Below, piece by piece: positions 34,071 through 47,162 of a stretch of DNA of 64,000 nucleotides (its first letter is position 1; the number at the start of each line of letters is the position of its first letter). Origin of the DNA: Cycas panzhihuaensis (taxonomy: Eukaryota; Plantae; Cycadophyta); contig CM041465.1 in the NCBI GenBank assembly GCA_023213395.1, positions 147,443,741 to 147,507,740 on the forward strand, written 5' to 3'. The translations under genes and the position numbers were made by a program. A model generated the notes under the pieces. The model was not told where the DNA came from, did not search any database, and saw only the letters and a list, made by a program, of their open reading frames with translations.

Positions 34071-37000
34071 TGTAGCATCACCACTGAGGGTGATCACAAT
34101 CTCACAAGCCTAGTATGCACATCATATTTTCATAGTAGCAAATATATATAGCAAAATCACATAACAGTGGATGACATCACAACCATAGATGAATATATTA
34201 GATTTATAGAATAGTAATTGAATATTCCAAAGTATCTCAAATATCCATAAAAAGGGCTACAAATAAGTGAGTATAAGATAACAGTTCAACCCTCCAAATA
34301 ACAAATCCCTCTTCGAGGCGAGGTGCCCCTCTAGATGTTGCTCAGTCCACAACAAATTTCGTTCTACTTTCTCTAGATGATACCTAACTTCTATTTGGTG
34401 GTCCTATATATAGGCCACACCCTTAAGATATCTAGAAGAATTATATTGGTCGGCCTTATTACTGAAGTTAGCTAGTAAAGTATTAATATTAGTTAGCCTT
34501 ATTGAAGACAACTAGAAAAGTATTAACCTTGGTCAGCATTATTGAAGTCCTGAGGGTTTGGAATGCTATATGTCCTTTCCCCTCAAAGCATAGGGATATC
34601 AACATGTTGTTGGTACCAATCTTTGGATTTCCATGTGGCTTCTTTGTGCTCTTAATTCTTCCACTTTATTAGGTACTCTCATATTTCGTTGGAGTGTAGT
34701 TTCCTTGCTCATATCGATAGGATCCCTTTTGGTTCTATCATCAACTTGCCTTCCTCATCGAGTTCTAGTAGTTTTGTCTGAGGCACAACATTTTGTCGTA
34801 GCTTTTGTTTGAGAAATGAGACATGGAAGACATTTTGTATATGACTCCTTGGTGGCTGATTATGTTGGTATGCGACATCTCCTACTTTGCCCAAGATTTG
34901 GTACAAGCCAAAGAATCGAGGTTGTAATTTGATCTTTCTTGATTTCTTCATTGTGGCTTGCTTGTATGGCTAGAGTTTGAGGAACACCCAATCTCCTAGC
35001 TCAAATGATCTTTCTATCATGTGCTTCATGTGGTTTCTGATAGTGTTTAGGTTGTCCTTAGGTATCTGTATAGTTCGTTTCATTTGCTTGCTCCTATTGT
35101 TCTTAGACAGATTGGACTAGTGGTGTACTGGCCCATGTGAGGAGTGATGGGGGCTCAAAGCCATATAGTGCTTGGAAGGAGTTCAGTTTGTTTGATGCAT
35201 AATAGGTAGTGTTGTAGCACCATTTAGCTAGGTGAAGCCATTTATGTTATTGTCATTGTTTGTTGGATGCAAAATTTTATAGGTATCCTTCTAAGCATTT
35301 ATTTATTGCTTCTATTTGCCTATATGTCAGTGGATGATAAACCATGGTCATTGAAAGTGTTGTGCCTACTTGCCTAAACAATTCTTGCCAGAAGTTGCTT
35401 GTAAACTTGGGGTCACGATCACAGACAATGACTTTTGAGTATCCATGAAATTGGTGGACCTCCTTTATAGAGAGCTCGACAATTTAACCAACTTTGGTAG
35501 TTGCTTGGACTCCTCTGAAATGGGCATATTTGGTTAGGCGTTCTACCATGACAAGAATTACTCCTTGCCTTCTGATGTAGGTATCCCTGTTATGAAATCC
35601 ATTAGAATTTACTCTCATTTTTGCTTAGGTATGTGTAGTGGTTGTACTAATCCTAGTATCTTTATGCTCTCATTCCTATTCCTTTAACATATGTGATATT
35701 TTGAGACGAGATTGTAGTGGTTTGCCTTCATTCCCTTCTAAAGATAAGTATTGCAGATTTGACAATAGGTTTTATCAATGCCCACTTGTCTTGCAGATGG
35801 AATGGCATGCACCTCTTGAAGGATTTTGTCCTTGAATGGTGATGTGGACAGAACTATAATCTTTCCCTTCTGCAAAATTAAGCCACCTCTTAGTCTGTAC
35901 TTGTTGTGCCCTTCAACATGAACTTCTTGAAGCATCCTTTGAGATGTTGGGTCATTCTTATATTTTTGAACTAACTCTTGGATCCAGCTTGGGATGGCAA
36001 TAAAGACTACATGTATGGAGATGTCCTAAGGAATTCTTGATAATGCATTAACAATGACATTTTTCTTCCCCTTCTTATAAATGATATCCAAATCAATTGC
36101 TTGAAGATTAATTACCTATTTTTGTTGCTCGTCTGATAAAGTTTTATGGTTTAGGAAGTACTTGAGATTATCGTGATCAATTTTAACCATGAATTTGATG
36201 TTGTGAAGGTATTGTTGTCACTAGTGTATGGCATGCATGATTGCTAACATCTCCTTGTTGTAGATAGATTTTTGTTGCCCTTTTGTATTCAATTTGCGTC
36301 TTTCATATGCCAATGGCTAATCATCTTGGAGAAGTATTGCACCTACCCCTACCGTGGATGCATTGCATTCCAAGATGAATGGGTAGTTGAAGTCTAGCAT
36401 TACAAGTATTGGGGCAATCGCCATTGTTGTTTTGAGTACTTGGAAGGCTTCCTCGGTTGGTTCACTCCACGCAAATTCCCCCTTCTTTGTTAGGTCCATT
36501 AGAGGTGCCATGATGTGGGTATATCCCTTGATGAAATGACGTAGGAACCTGACTGCACCTGGGACACTCCTTATGCTAGTTATATTTATTGGAGTAGACA
36601 AATCAATGATTGCTTGGACTTTCTTAGGATCTATTTTAACACCTTTTTCTGTGATAATGTGTCAGAGATATTCTAACTCTATTTGCCCAAAGGTACATTT
36701 GGCCTTATTTGCAAAGAACTGATTATTGGCTAGCACTTACAATACTACTTTGAGGTGCTCTAGATGCTCCTTCTAGGTTCTCTTGTAAGTCAAAATGTCA
36801 TCAAAAAATATTACCACGAACTTGCATAGGAAGGGCTTTAGTACCTTGTTCATGGTTCTCTGGAAAGTGGTGGGAGCATGGCTTAAGCTGAAAGGCATGA
36901 CTCAAACCTTAAATAACCATTCCTCGGCTCAGAAGGTTGTCTTACAAATGTCTTCTACCTTAATGCAAATTTGGTAGTATCTCTAGCATAGGTCGATCTT

Positions 37001-40000
37001 CAAAGAAAACATAGCCCCATGCAACTCATCAAGGAGGTTGTTTATTCTTAGAATCGGGTACCTATTCTTGATTGTGAGTTTGTTGAGTGCCCTAAAGTTG
37101 ATGCACATACAGTATGCTCCATCTTTCTTTTGCCTTAGTACAACTAAGAATGTGAAGGGGCTTGAGTTGGGTGTGATATATCCTTATTGTAGAAGCTCAT
37201 GTGTAATACGTTCAATTTTCTTCTTGAAATGATGGGGTTGCTAGTATGGTTAGATGTTCACTGGTACTACTCCTGGTGTTAATTCAATGTTGTGTTCGCA
37301 TTCCCGATTTGGTGGTAGCCCTTGGGGTGGGTCCTTGAAAACCACCTTGTATTGATTAATGACAGCCTATACCTCATGAGGAACATCCTCAATGGAAATT
37401 TTATAGCACATCATCGGATATGAGGCTGGACTCTTCTTTAAGAGTTTCTCGATCCAATGTGACATTATTAGTTTAGCCAGCGGTAATGGTGGTGCTTACA
37501 ACTTATAGTTACACCCTTTTAGCAAAAGCTCATGAAACAAGTCCTATAATTGACAATGATATTTTCAAGATTTGTAGCCATTGTATGCCAAGGACTATGT
37601 CTACTCCTCTGATTGGCATAGTGAACATGCAAGTGTTGGTCATGTAGTCTGCAATTTGTAAGTATACGTTTTGACAATATCCTCTATATGGCATGTTGTT
37701 CCTATTTACAATAGGGACTTGAAATGCATTGAGTGGTAGTATTGGTAGACCTAGTTTAGTTGTTGTTGGTCTATTGATGAAGATATGAGTCCTACCATTG
37801 TCTGCCCAGACTAAGATTTTAGTGTTCTTGATCACTCCTTCGAAACGTAGTGTTTGAGGTGTGTTAATCTCCCCAGTAATAGCTTGTAGTGAACCGGTGC
37901 ATTTTCTTCTTTGGTCTCCTTAAGTAGGTCCTCGATCTCAGCCTCCTTGTCAATTGGTGATTGCTCTTCTTTCGAATTGTCAGCATCTAGGATTTCGGCA
38001 TTTTCGTTGTTGATCATGAACAACTTCTTTACTGGGCATCTATGGTCATGGCTCCATTTCCCTCCACAGTTGAAGCAAGTCCCTTTTCTTATGTGTTCTA
38101 CTTTGGATAACTTGTTTACAATTGATTTTGCTTCTCATATATCTATAAGTAGGTGTTCAAATTTTGTGCCTGATCGATTCTAGTTACGCTGGTAGCTCTT
38201 GCGTGAATAGCTTTGCCCTTGGTATCGAAGTGGTTCTCCTTGTCACATGTAACTTGGTCTTGTCTCTCGGATTTTAGTCTCAATGTTTCTTGCTTGACAT
38301 ATAGCCTCATTTAAGGTGCATGGTGTCATTGTTTTCAAGCAGAACTTGATAACCCCTCTAAGACTTGCAATATATGTTTCCAAAAGTAACTCCGGTTTGA
38401 TGTCAATGGTGATCAACTCTATAGATTTTGGAATTGCTAGATGTAGGCTTTAACAAAATAGGTCTATTTTAATCACATAAGCTGGGCAAGGTAATCTGTG
38501 TTCCAAGAGACCTTGTATTGTTCAATAAGAGCAATTTTTAAGGAGTCCCATATGTAGTGTTGTCCTCCTTGATGTATTTTATTCTACTAGTGAACCATTT
38601 GAGAGCCTTACCGTAGAGGTGAAGGGATGTTGCTAAGATTTGTCCTGCTCTGTGCCTATATTCATCTACAAGTACATCTCCATCTGGATTATCCTACTGC
38701 AGATGTCTATGGATTTCTCTGGATTGAATTTCTCTAAAGAGAACTTGGTATCCTAGAGCCATTGGTTCAACATGTTTTGTCGATCTTCCTATTGCCCTTC
38801 TTGTGGAAATCTTCCCTTTGTGTTGGATGTTCCTGCTTCCTCACTAAAGTCATTGCTCGATCTTCTACATAGCCCTTGTATAAGTTTATACAAAATTTTT
38901 ATGTCAGTTTTGCTATCCTTCTTCCATTCGTTGAGTTGGTTTGATATCTCCTTCTTAATGGTTGCTTGGTTATCCATTTGTACTCCGTTGATTCAGGTCA
39001 TTAGCTCATTCCTTTGCTTTTTAATACCACCCCTGATGGTAGCTTGGTTCTCGATGGCATCCAACCTCTAGGGCATATCCTCTATTGTTTTGGATGGTTG
39101 GTTTACCATCTTTCCTGATCTTAATTCTGTCCTTGTACATACTGCAATGATATCTTATGGACTTTGTAAGGGACCGCCCTATTGAGTCCTCAAGCCTTGC
39201 GAGGTGCCATTGGGACTTGTGCTTGGTGTCAATACCTTCTCACTTTAGGAATTTTGTTTTTCTAAGTTTGTGTTTCTTGGCGTCTTTGCATTTTCCTTCA
39301 TGGCCTCCATTTTTCTTAAAGCCTATGTCTACTGCCCACGTTTAGGTTTGTTGCTCGTGTCTACTGCATAGATCTGTGTTTTTCTTTGTGTATGAGCTTG
39401 CCTCTTCTACGCCTATCTACTACCTGAGTATGGGTCTATTGCTCTCATATGTTACCCAGATATGACAATTCAATGTACTTAATGGTACTGCAAGGTAATG
39501 GTTTTCGCAAGTTCTATCCTTCTTATGGTTCCCATAGCTTGTGCACCTACTCTAATACTAGTGTAGCATTGCCACTGAGGGTGATCACAATCTTGCAAGC
39601 CTAGTATGCACATCAGATTTTCACATTAGCAAATGCATATAACAAAATCATATAATAGTAGATGACATCACAACCATAGATGAATATATCATATTTACAT
39701 ACTAGTAATTGAATATTCCAAAGTATCTCATATATCCATAAAAATAGTTACAAATAAGAAAGTGTAAGATAACATTTCGACCCTCCAAATAATAGATCCA
39801 TCTTTGAGGTGAGGTGCCCTCTAGATACTGCTCGGTCCATAACGAATTCTATTCTACTTTCTCCATATGATACCTAACTTCCAATTAGTGGTCCTATATA
39901 TAGGCCAAACCCTTGAGATACCTAGAAGAATTACATTGGTCGGACCTATTGAAGCCAGCTAGCAAAGTACTAACATTGGTCGGCCTTATTGAAGTCCTCA

Positions 40001-40017
40001 GGGTTTCGAATGCTACA
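34071..40017 (-). mobile_element. Full-length, decayed chromoviral Ty3/Gypsy element C (related to B)
   Basis: LTRs 34071-34570 and 39562-40017 (TGTAGCA...TGCTACA); degenerate iMet PBS 39549-39560; PPT GGGAAAGGACA; remnants of gag, PR (VDIVLGIQWL), RT, RH (ILECNASTVGVGAIL), INT (KLQPRFFG) and chromodomain (EYLIKWKN...EATWK). TSD not clean (GCTAT vs ACTTC). Confidence 0.9.
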
Positions 40018-41561
40018 ACTTCCATTCTCAACTTTAACAACCCAAATTCCATTCAGTTTTGTGGCCAAATGAAGAAGATACAATAGTTTTCATGAAGCAA
40101 TCCTCAACTAATATGGTGCATAGCCTTTAGCATATTTCAATCTAAATTTTTTGCAAAATTTCAATACAAAACACCAAATATTTGCTGGGATCAAGTTCGC
40201 TGACATCTAATACAATTGCAATTTGAATTTCGATTAATTTTGTGCTCAAAGGAGTAAGATATGTTAATTTTTATGAAAAAGCCCTCATTGTTTCTTGAGG
40301 TTGTATGACTCCATACAAAAGCCCATGAGGAATTTGATTGTCCTAATCAGGTTGTCAATGTTTGTGACACCCACTTCTAAAAATTTGTGCCATTTCAAGT
40401 TTCTTTGATAGGCCAAATGATCACTAGAGATCACATACTTCTGTATGTGACTATTTGTTGAAGGTTAGGGGGCTTCAAAGCAGAGTTGACACAACATTCC
40501 AATCCAGTTAAATGTTTGTGAAACTTTGTAAAATAAAAAATATATCAAAAGATTAAGAACTATCATTTCACTTCATGTTGCCATGACTATGCATTGCATC
40601 TATATGGTCATCTAGGCATGTGGATCTATTAGAGTTAAAGAAGCTTGTAGAGATGTTCGTCGGATCTTGATTATGGTCTTCCTTTTCTTGCATAATGCTC
40701 TCCACAAGCTGTAATCTCTTGAGCTACATTGCAACTTACTAAGGAGTCATTGCTCCACATGTAAGATTCCCTTTCAAGGCTTTGGCTGAGACAAAATATG
40801 CCCTAAGTGAGGCTTACACCTATTCAACAACTGAAATGCCCTTTCATGGGCTCTTCTTTCTATAATGAAATGCCCTTTAATAGTTTTTTTTTTTCCCTTT
40901 TTTTTTTTTGTTTTTGGCCTACCATTTGCCCTCCATTAGAGCTATTATCTGCTTCAACTGTTCTTTACTTCCAAACCCTCGTGGGTTTGTTGATAATGTC
41001 TTCATTCTTGTAGCAAAATCTAGAATAGGACACTTGCAACTGCCTTCAAAATCTCCACAAATTTTCTCAAAAAAGAATCCATCATCGCAACTCTATTTTG
41101 CCTTCTTCACACGGCAATGTATTCACAAAATTGACGCCAATATTAACTACTTTCTTCACGTGGGTTTTGTATGCTTGCTCCCATATAACATAGTTGTTGC
41201 AAGGTGCACAAATCTATGCAAAAGTTTCTTTTGCAAAGTAGGACCTCTCATAACTTGTGGACAAACATCAATTCACTTGCATGCCCGAAATAGGCTACCC
41301 ACATGCATAAAAAAATGTTTGCTAAACCAAAATAATACTATTGTCAGTTTGAAAGTATAATCCTCACACTTGTATACAACTTCAATTTGACAACTTGCAC
41401 CAATTTTTCATGGTCATATTGGACACAAAACTAGTTATGCTAATCTTAAAAGCTTTGGCTAAAACTTGCTTCCAATGATCTATTTCAAGATCACACCAAA
41501 ATCAATCTACCTACATCACTTACGAGCAACCATGGCTCTGAAATCACATTTGAGCAATTGT

Positions 41562-42190
41562 GGCTCTAATACCATTGGAGAAATTTTGGTGTAGGTTTGA
41601 TACCTTATTGGAAATTCGCATGTTAATGTGGAAGCACTAAATATCAACTCTGATACCACATATATGAAAACAAACCCAAGCTCAATGTTGATGAACAAAT
41701 ATATGTGAAATATGAGGTAAAATGTAAGATCAAACACAAAACATAATAAAGATGAAATATGCACACTATGAAAAGCACAATAATATGGTGAAACAATGAA
41801 ACAATGAATACTCTTCAAGTATTACATTAGATAAGTGTACATATCATAGAATCGTTTCTCCTCTTGTCCAACCAATAATATGTAAGAACCTATAAGCCTT
41901 CCAATTGTTTTACAACGAGTTAGGTGAACATTTGTATAATTCTTCATTATATTCACATATTCACAAACTTGTTAGAACCTACAAGAAACAAGAGCATTTC
42001 AATACATAATTTAATAGTGTTCACAATGCGTGTGTATCCCTAATAAGTCTAATGACCCTCAATGATCAATGTGATCAGTATACAATATTACATAACATCA
42101 CACTCCTAATAATTGCGTTGCTAGCCCACCATATAAAATGTAAGAGAGAACAATGGTGCATAATCATATAACTGCCTAACAATCCCCCTT
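41562..42190 (-). mobile_element. LTR-like segment with iMet-PBS-like motifs on the left and a PPT on the right
   Basis: GGCTCTAATACCA 41562-41574, ACTCTGATACCA 41647-41658; right end CCTAACA at 42181 followed by ATCCCCCTT; shares motifs with the old LTR at 16315-16530. Confidence 0.5.
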
Positions 42191-42861
42191 TATAATTTAT
42201 CCACATTGTTTCCCTCATGCCTAGCCTTCTTAAGCAATGACCATGGGCTTATCATGTCATGGCATCAAATAAGAGAAAACATCATCATCACATAGACACA
42301 CAACAAATTCACAGTGGTGACATATAATTTTAGAATTTAATCCACAAATTTCTCATAAGAAGAATTTATTTTTATTTCATCAACCATCCCAACCAACTAG
42401 GGTTTAAAGAGAGTACACAAATAGCCATAAGGAAGGACACAGTCCATAAATATTTATCCACTAATCATTGCAACAACAAAAACTCTATGTTGCAAGAATT
42501 TTCTCTAGAAAATGAGAAATTTAACCACACATAGTAGCTTATCGGAGGTTTTCAGCCTCACACAGATTTCTAGCCATTGAATTTGTCGTTTAAACCACAA
42601 AAAATTATCCATATTAAATTCTAATCATCAATTGACAAAGCCATCTATAAAAATCTATTATTTCCCATTTAATTTTAGTAACATGTTCTTATTCCTAAGT
42701 TTTTTGCAAGTTACTGATGAGTCTTTTGGGTGACAGAGTGGCACAACGTAGTGGAAAGGTGCATGGAACAATAATCATGATGTGGAATAATACTAGCAAG
42801 CAAGGGTCTATATAGCTCCATAATAGTTGTATGGGCCTTAAATGCAACCATATAACACATT

Positions 42862-43017
42862 GCATATAACACACATGTAGATCATATAGCTGCATACACA
42901 ACACATGGTCACTCGAAGTCACAAAAACCGAGAAATAAATTCAACCATATACCACACATGTAGATCATACAACTGCATACACAACAAATGGTCACTCAAA
43001 GTCATAAAAATCTAGAC
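42862..43017. repeat. Two-copy direct repeat of about 70 bp
   Basis: CACACATGTAGATCATAyArCTGCATACACAACAmATGGTCACTCrAAGTCAyAAAAA occurs twice, 83 bp apart. Confidence 0.85.
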
Positions 43018-43399
43018 ATACTTACCTCATCATGTGTTCTATGGATGCTTGTAGTTGGCTTGTGGCCTTTAGTGGCTCCCTGATGCTAAATAATGCTCTC
43101 TAATAATTCTTCCTTCTCCTTGGGACAATCACTAGTATATAGAATAAAACTTCTAAGGAGTCTTCATTGTAGGATTTTAGAATGGAGAGAGAGAGAGAGA
43201 GAGTCTTTTAGAGCTATAGAAACAATTCCAAGGTGCCATGGAGGCACATTTGATTGTTATTTCACACAAACACATATGCATAAGAGAATAATTGGCTTTA
43301 ATACACACACCTAACATTGATGCCTTCCAAAGATTGCGGAAGATCTAAAGGAGTTTGATTTCACCTCTCATCCAACCAAACATTATGTTAGTATAAGAG

Positions 43400-44060
43400 T
43401 CATTAAAGCTTGAAAGTTCTTCATTGTGGTTTGCATAAGGTTCATGGCATATGGGGTCTTTGAAATTGCTAAAGGAGCTCCTTTTTTTGATAATTATGCA
43501 CCCCACTTTGCACCCATCTAACAAGGTTCTTTTGCCTCTCGGTCATTTTTTATCACATTTGAAGGTAATTTTCATCCTATAGTAGATGCAAATTAAAAAA
43601 CTTAGTTTTCTATTACTCTATATAACGAATGATTGAATACTCTCATTTGAAGGGGCATACAAATCATTTCAAGGAGATCTTCGTAAATTTATTTATTTCA
43701 TTGATTAATTGTTCAATTAATTTATGGTGCTTCTGCTAAACAACTAGAGAATCCTCCAAGTGAATTGCAATGGCCCATGTCTAAAAGAGCACATTGAGTG
43801 AGAAATATCATTTTGTCATCTTAAGCCACATTTCATAATCATCTCTTGGTTTCTTCTTGCCATCAAAGGCAAGGACACAAATTTTCTTCACCTTTGATAA
43901 TGTGCAAGCTGCCACTATGTCTTACATTTGATCCTCCTCTTCTTTTCTTTGAAGTAAGAATGCAATGAACACATGGTGATACCATGAGTATAGTAATGAT
44001 GTTGATCACCATCCAACTCATCATTATCCATCACTTGAGTTTTATTTTTGGTGCCATTTT
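43400..44060 (-). pseudogene. Highly decayed Gypsy gag remnant
   Basis: Hand translation LAFDGKKKPRDDYEMWLKMTK*YF...AIAIHLEDS fits the capsid N-terminal pattern F.G.......W.....YF. Confidence 0.5.
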
Positions 44061-44589
44061 AAACTTGAATTTGCTCAAACTTCACATGATGAGGACAATC
44101 ATGAACCTCTTTACTCTATAGATAAAAAGGGATAAAAGTCCACTCTATATGTGTGTGTGTATGTATTTCATTGATAGTTCTTTCCAGTGTTATAACTTTG
44201 ACATTACTTAATGGATTATCACGACCATAGATCTCTAGCCTATTTTGAATGCTTTGTGAAACTCTTGTTATGACATTGAATAAATTGGTGGATTGTTCTC
44301 CCAAATGCCTACATGTGAGTTTGAAGTCACCGTCTAATTTCTTGTCCACAAATCCAAACTACAAAAATTAATGCACCTATATTCTAAGTACCACCAACTT
44401 GCATGCCTATATGGTGTTACAACCACGCAAAGTTTATATCGCATAAAAATCAAATAAAAAAAAAGTTAATAACATATAAAAACTTTTTTAAATTTTTATG
44501 GTCAAAATGTTTTCATCACCAAATATATCACACCTCTCCTCACTCGCCCATACAATTAAAATTTTTGTTCTTTTCAAACAAGGATTCTC

Positions 44590-45660
44590 ATGTTTCACAA
44601 GCACGTGCACGTCCGTCTGCTATTTTTCGTGTGTACGATAAAAGACATAACTTATATTCGAACAAAGCTTCTCACTCGGGAGGCATTCACTATATACAAC
44701 TGTAATAAAATAGTAATTGTCGCCTCGTTCGCGTAGTTATGGTCCTTTGCATAAAATAAGGTAGCGGATGAATATTTTTGCAACCTCTAGTTCGAATACC
44801 ACCATCCTTACCCGCAAACATCAACAGTAACCATCAAAGCTATAACTGTCCTCATTAATTGAGTGTTCCTCCATAATGATAATGAAGTGATTAATGTTTG
44901 CAATGTAAAAGCGGGTCAAACGAAAACCTTCATCCTGGTTCTGGTTCTGCTGCAGGAGGCGGCTTACGGCCTTCTTTCGCTGCAAGTTATTGGATGCGAG
45001 GCGATGGGAATGGAACGAAGGGCAGCTTTAGCCATGCTCCCTCCGTCATGTACAGCCTAACGCGGTCGACAGGCCCGGCGTACAGATCAAGAATTCCATG
45101 TATTTTGCTTTTGTCTCGAGGATTCAGCATACAACGGTTTGTTGTGCTCTGCTTCTGTGATTCATTAGACATTTGGCCGTAGAGCTTCGAGTCTTCTACT
45201 GTTGCTTTCTTTGAGAATTTCACCCAGTCTCTAGTCTGATATAGGTCATATCATACAGTCTGAACTTCCAGGCTTTGGATCTTCTTACGAATGGGATAAT
45301 AATATTATCATTTCCAACATTCCTCCATAACTTTCGGTAAGCTTTGATCAAACAGCTTTGGAATGTGCGTTTTTGGCGTGCGAATGGAAGCTCAGGATAG
45401 GCGACCGCGCCCAGAAGAGCAAGGATTACTGAGCGGGTTTCGGCGTTCTCTCTGGAGGGAACCGTCCACCAAAACACCGGTTATATCAGTCTCGGAAGGT
45501 GCGGGGGACATGTAGAAATAAAATTATGGTCTGTGGACTTCTGAACGAGGCCCCCTCCTCATATTATTTGTAATAGGCTTAGCTCAAAGCGATCATGGTT
45601 CGCCGAGTTCTGATCATTCCCTATGCGCTTCTCTTTCAGAAGTCCGTCTCTATTTCACAA
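44590..45660. promoter_or_regulatory. CpG-rich non-TE island; candidate host promoter and first exon(s)
   Basis: CpG retained at high density, unlike the CpG-depleted flanks; G-box CACGTG at 44602; TATATA at 44691; candidate ATG-to-donor exons at 45384-45498 (+) and 45035-44968 (-). Confidence 0.5.
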
Positions 45661-45860
45661 TTTTTAGTTTTCTTATTAACTTTTGTTTTCTGTAGTTTCG
45701 CTTTGACATATATCTCCTTTGGTTGAGCCTTAAATTACAAGGTTGATGTTCTCCTAATCACAATTTTTAGTTTTCTTCTTAACTTTTGTTTTTCATAGTT
45801 TCACTTTGACATATATCTCGTCTGGTTGAACCTTAAATTACAAGGTTGATGCTCTCTTAC
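45655..45860. repeat. Tandem duplication of about 103 bp
   Basis: TCACAATTTTTAGTTTTCTT...CCTTAAATTACAAGGTTGATG present twice, head to tail. Confidence 0.92.
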
Positions 45861-47162
45861 TTAATCAGATCAAAATGTTCGAAGACGTTAATATAGCACC
45901 TTTTCACTTGCAATATTGGTTACTGTTTATAGTTCGACATTATTCGATTAAATGCTCAGGCATCTTAGGAATAGCACCATGAGTATAATTATTTATATTT
46001 GTTAAATCTTCAACCTCTACCTGCAAGTGTTGTGTATCAGCATGTATACACTATTAATAGTTCTCTCCTACTGCATAGTTATTCAGCACCATTTTGTAGG
46101 ATTTTAGTACTTGGATTTGCAGTCATTTGCAACCAAGTATTGAGAAGTTAGAGTTGCATGCTAATATATCTGCTTCTTCATAATAAATGTTCTAGACAAG
46201 CAGTAACCAAGTTTAAGCTCTCTTTGTCACTAAAACATTAGAGAGTAAACTAAGCTTTCATAAGCACAAACACTTTTCTTATTAAGTTTTGAATTCTTAG
46301 CCTATCGAACCCTTTCCTTTCCTTCTCATTTTCCAAATTTCCATAGCTTCACATAACTATCATATTGGTGTTTTATTTCAAAATCTTACATGTGTGAGTA
46401 GACTCGTACAAACTATATTTCAAGACCTTAATAAGCATTGAATTTTAATCATAGGAGCAAACACACCTATGGGAATTAGCTTCTATTTGCAATCTAATAT
46501 TGTTTCTTTATGAAAGAACATAAAATCCAACAAATGCTTCAAATCACAACATATGACCTTTACAAAAATTGCCTAGTTATCTCTTTATTAAATGAGGGAT
46601 ATAAATACATATATATAATGGTGATGTGAATGTGCAAGGTCTTTATTTTTGCACACTAGAATCAATAATAGCAATTGCAGCATGTTCATGCCCCAATACA
46701 ATAAAGAACCACCTCCATGTCGAACCCATGCCATATATGACTCGATCAACCTCATACCACACCAACCATAGGATGAGGCCACTATCTCTCCATTGTCGAG
46801 TTAGGAAAACCAAGTTTCAAAGTGGTTGTCCACTTTATCTTCTAATAGTTTTTTATCACTTGTTTACATGGTGTAGAATTTACAACAAATAGTACTAAAA
46901 TAGTAGTTTGACACACTAAACAAGCTCAATATTTGTTGATGAGGCCTAATTATGTCCTTATCTGTGTTGATTTTGTAACTATCTTGTTCTGATGTGTTCC
47001 TCCTTTGATGTATTGTTTTGAAAGGCTCTAGGCTTAAAGGTCTAAATTGACAAAGTGAAATAGACATTTTGTGAAGCCTATATTTCGATATATAAGTGTG
47101 AAAAATAGTTAGGCATATATCTAGATGAAGTCCCTTCTGTCTCAGTTCAAGGGAGTTAATTG

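Noticed and set aside
44760-44812. tRNA-like element (GTTCGAAT with GGATG/CATCC stem)
   Set aside because: Too short (about 45 nt) and lacks D and anticodon arms.
45696-45741. Duplicated micro-exon (acceptor-like TTTTCTGTAG, donor-like AAG/GTTGAT)
   Set aside because: Splicing to the candidate 45384-45498 exon gives an immediate stop; donor is weak.
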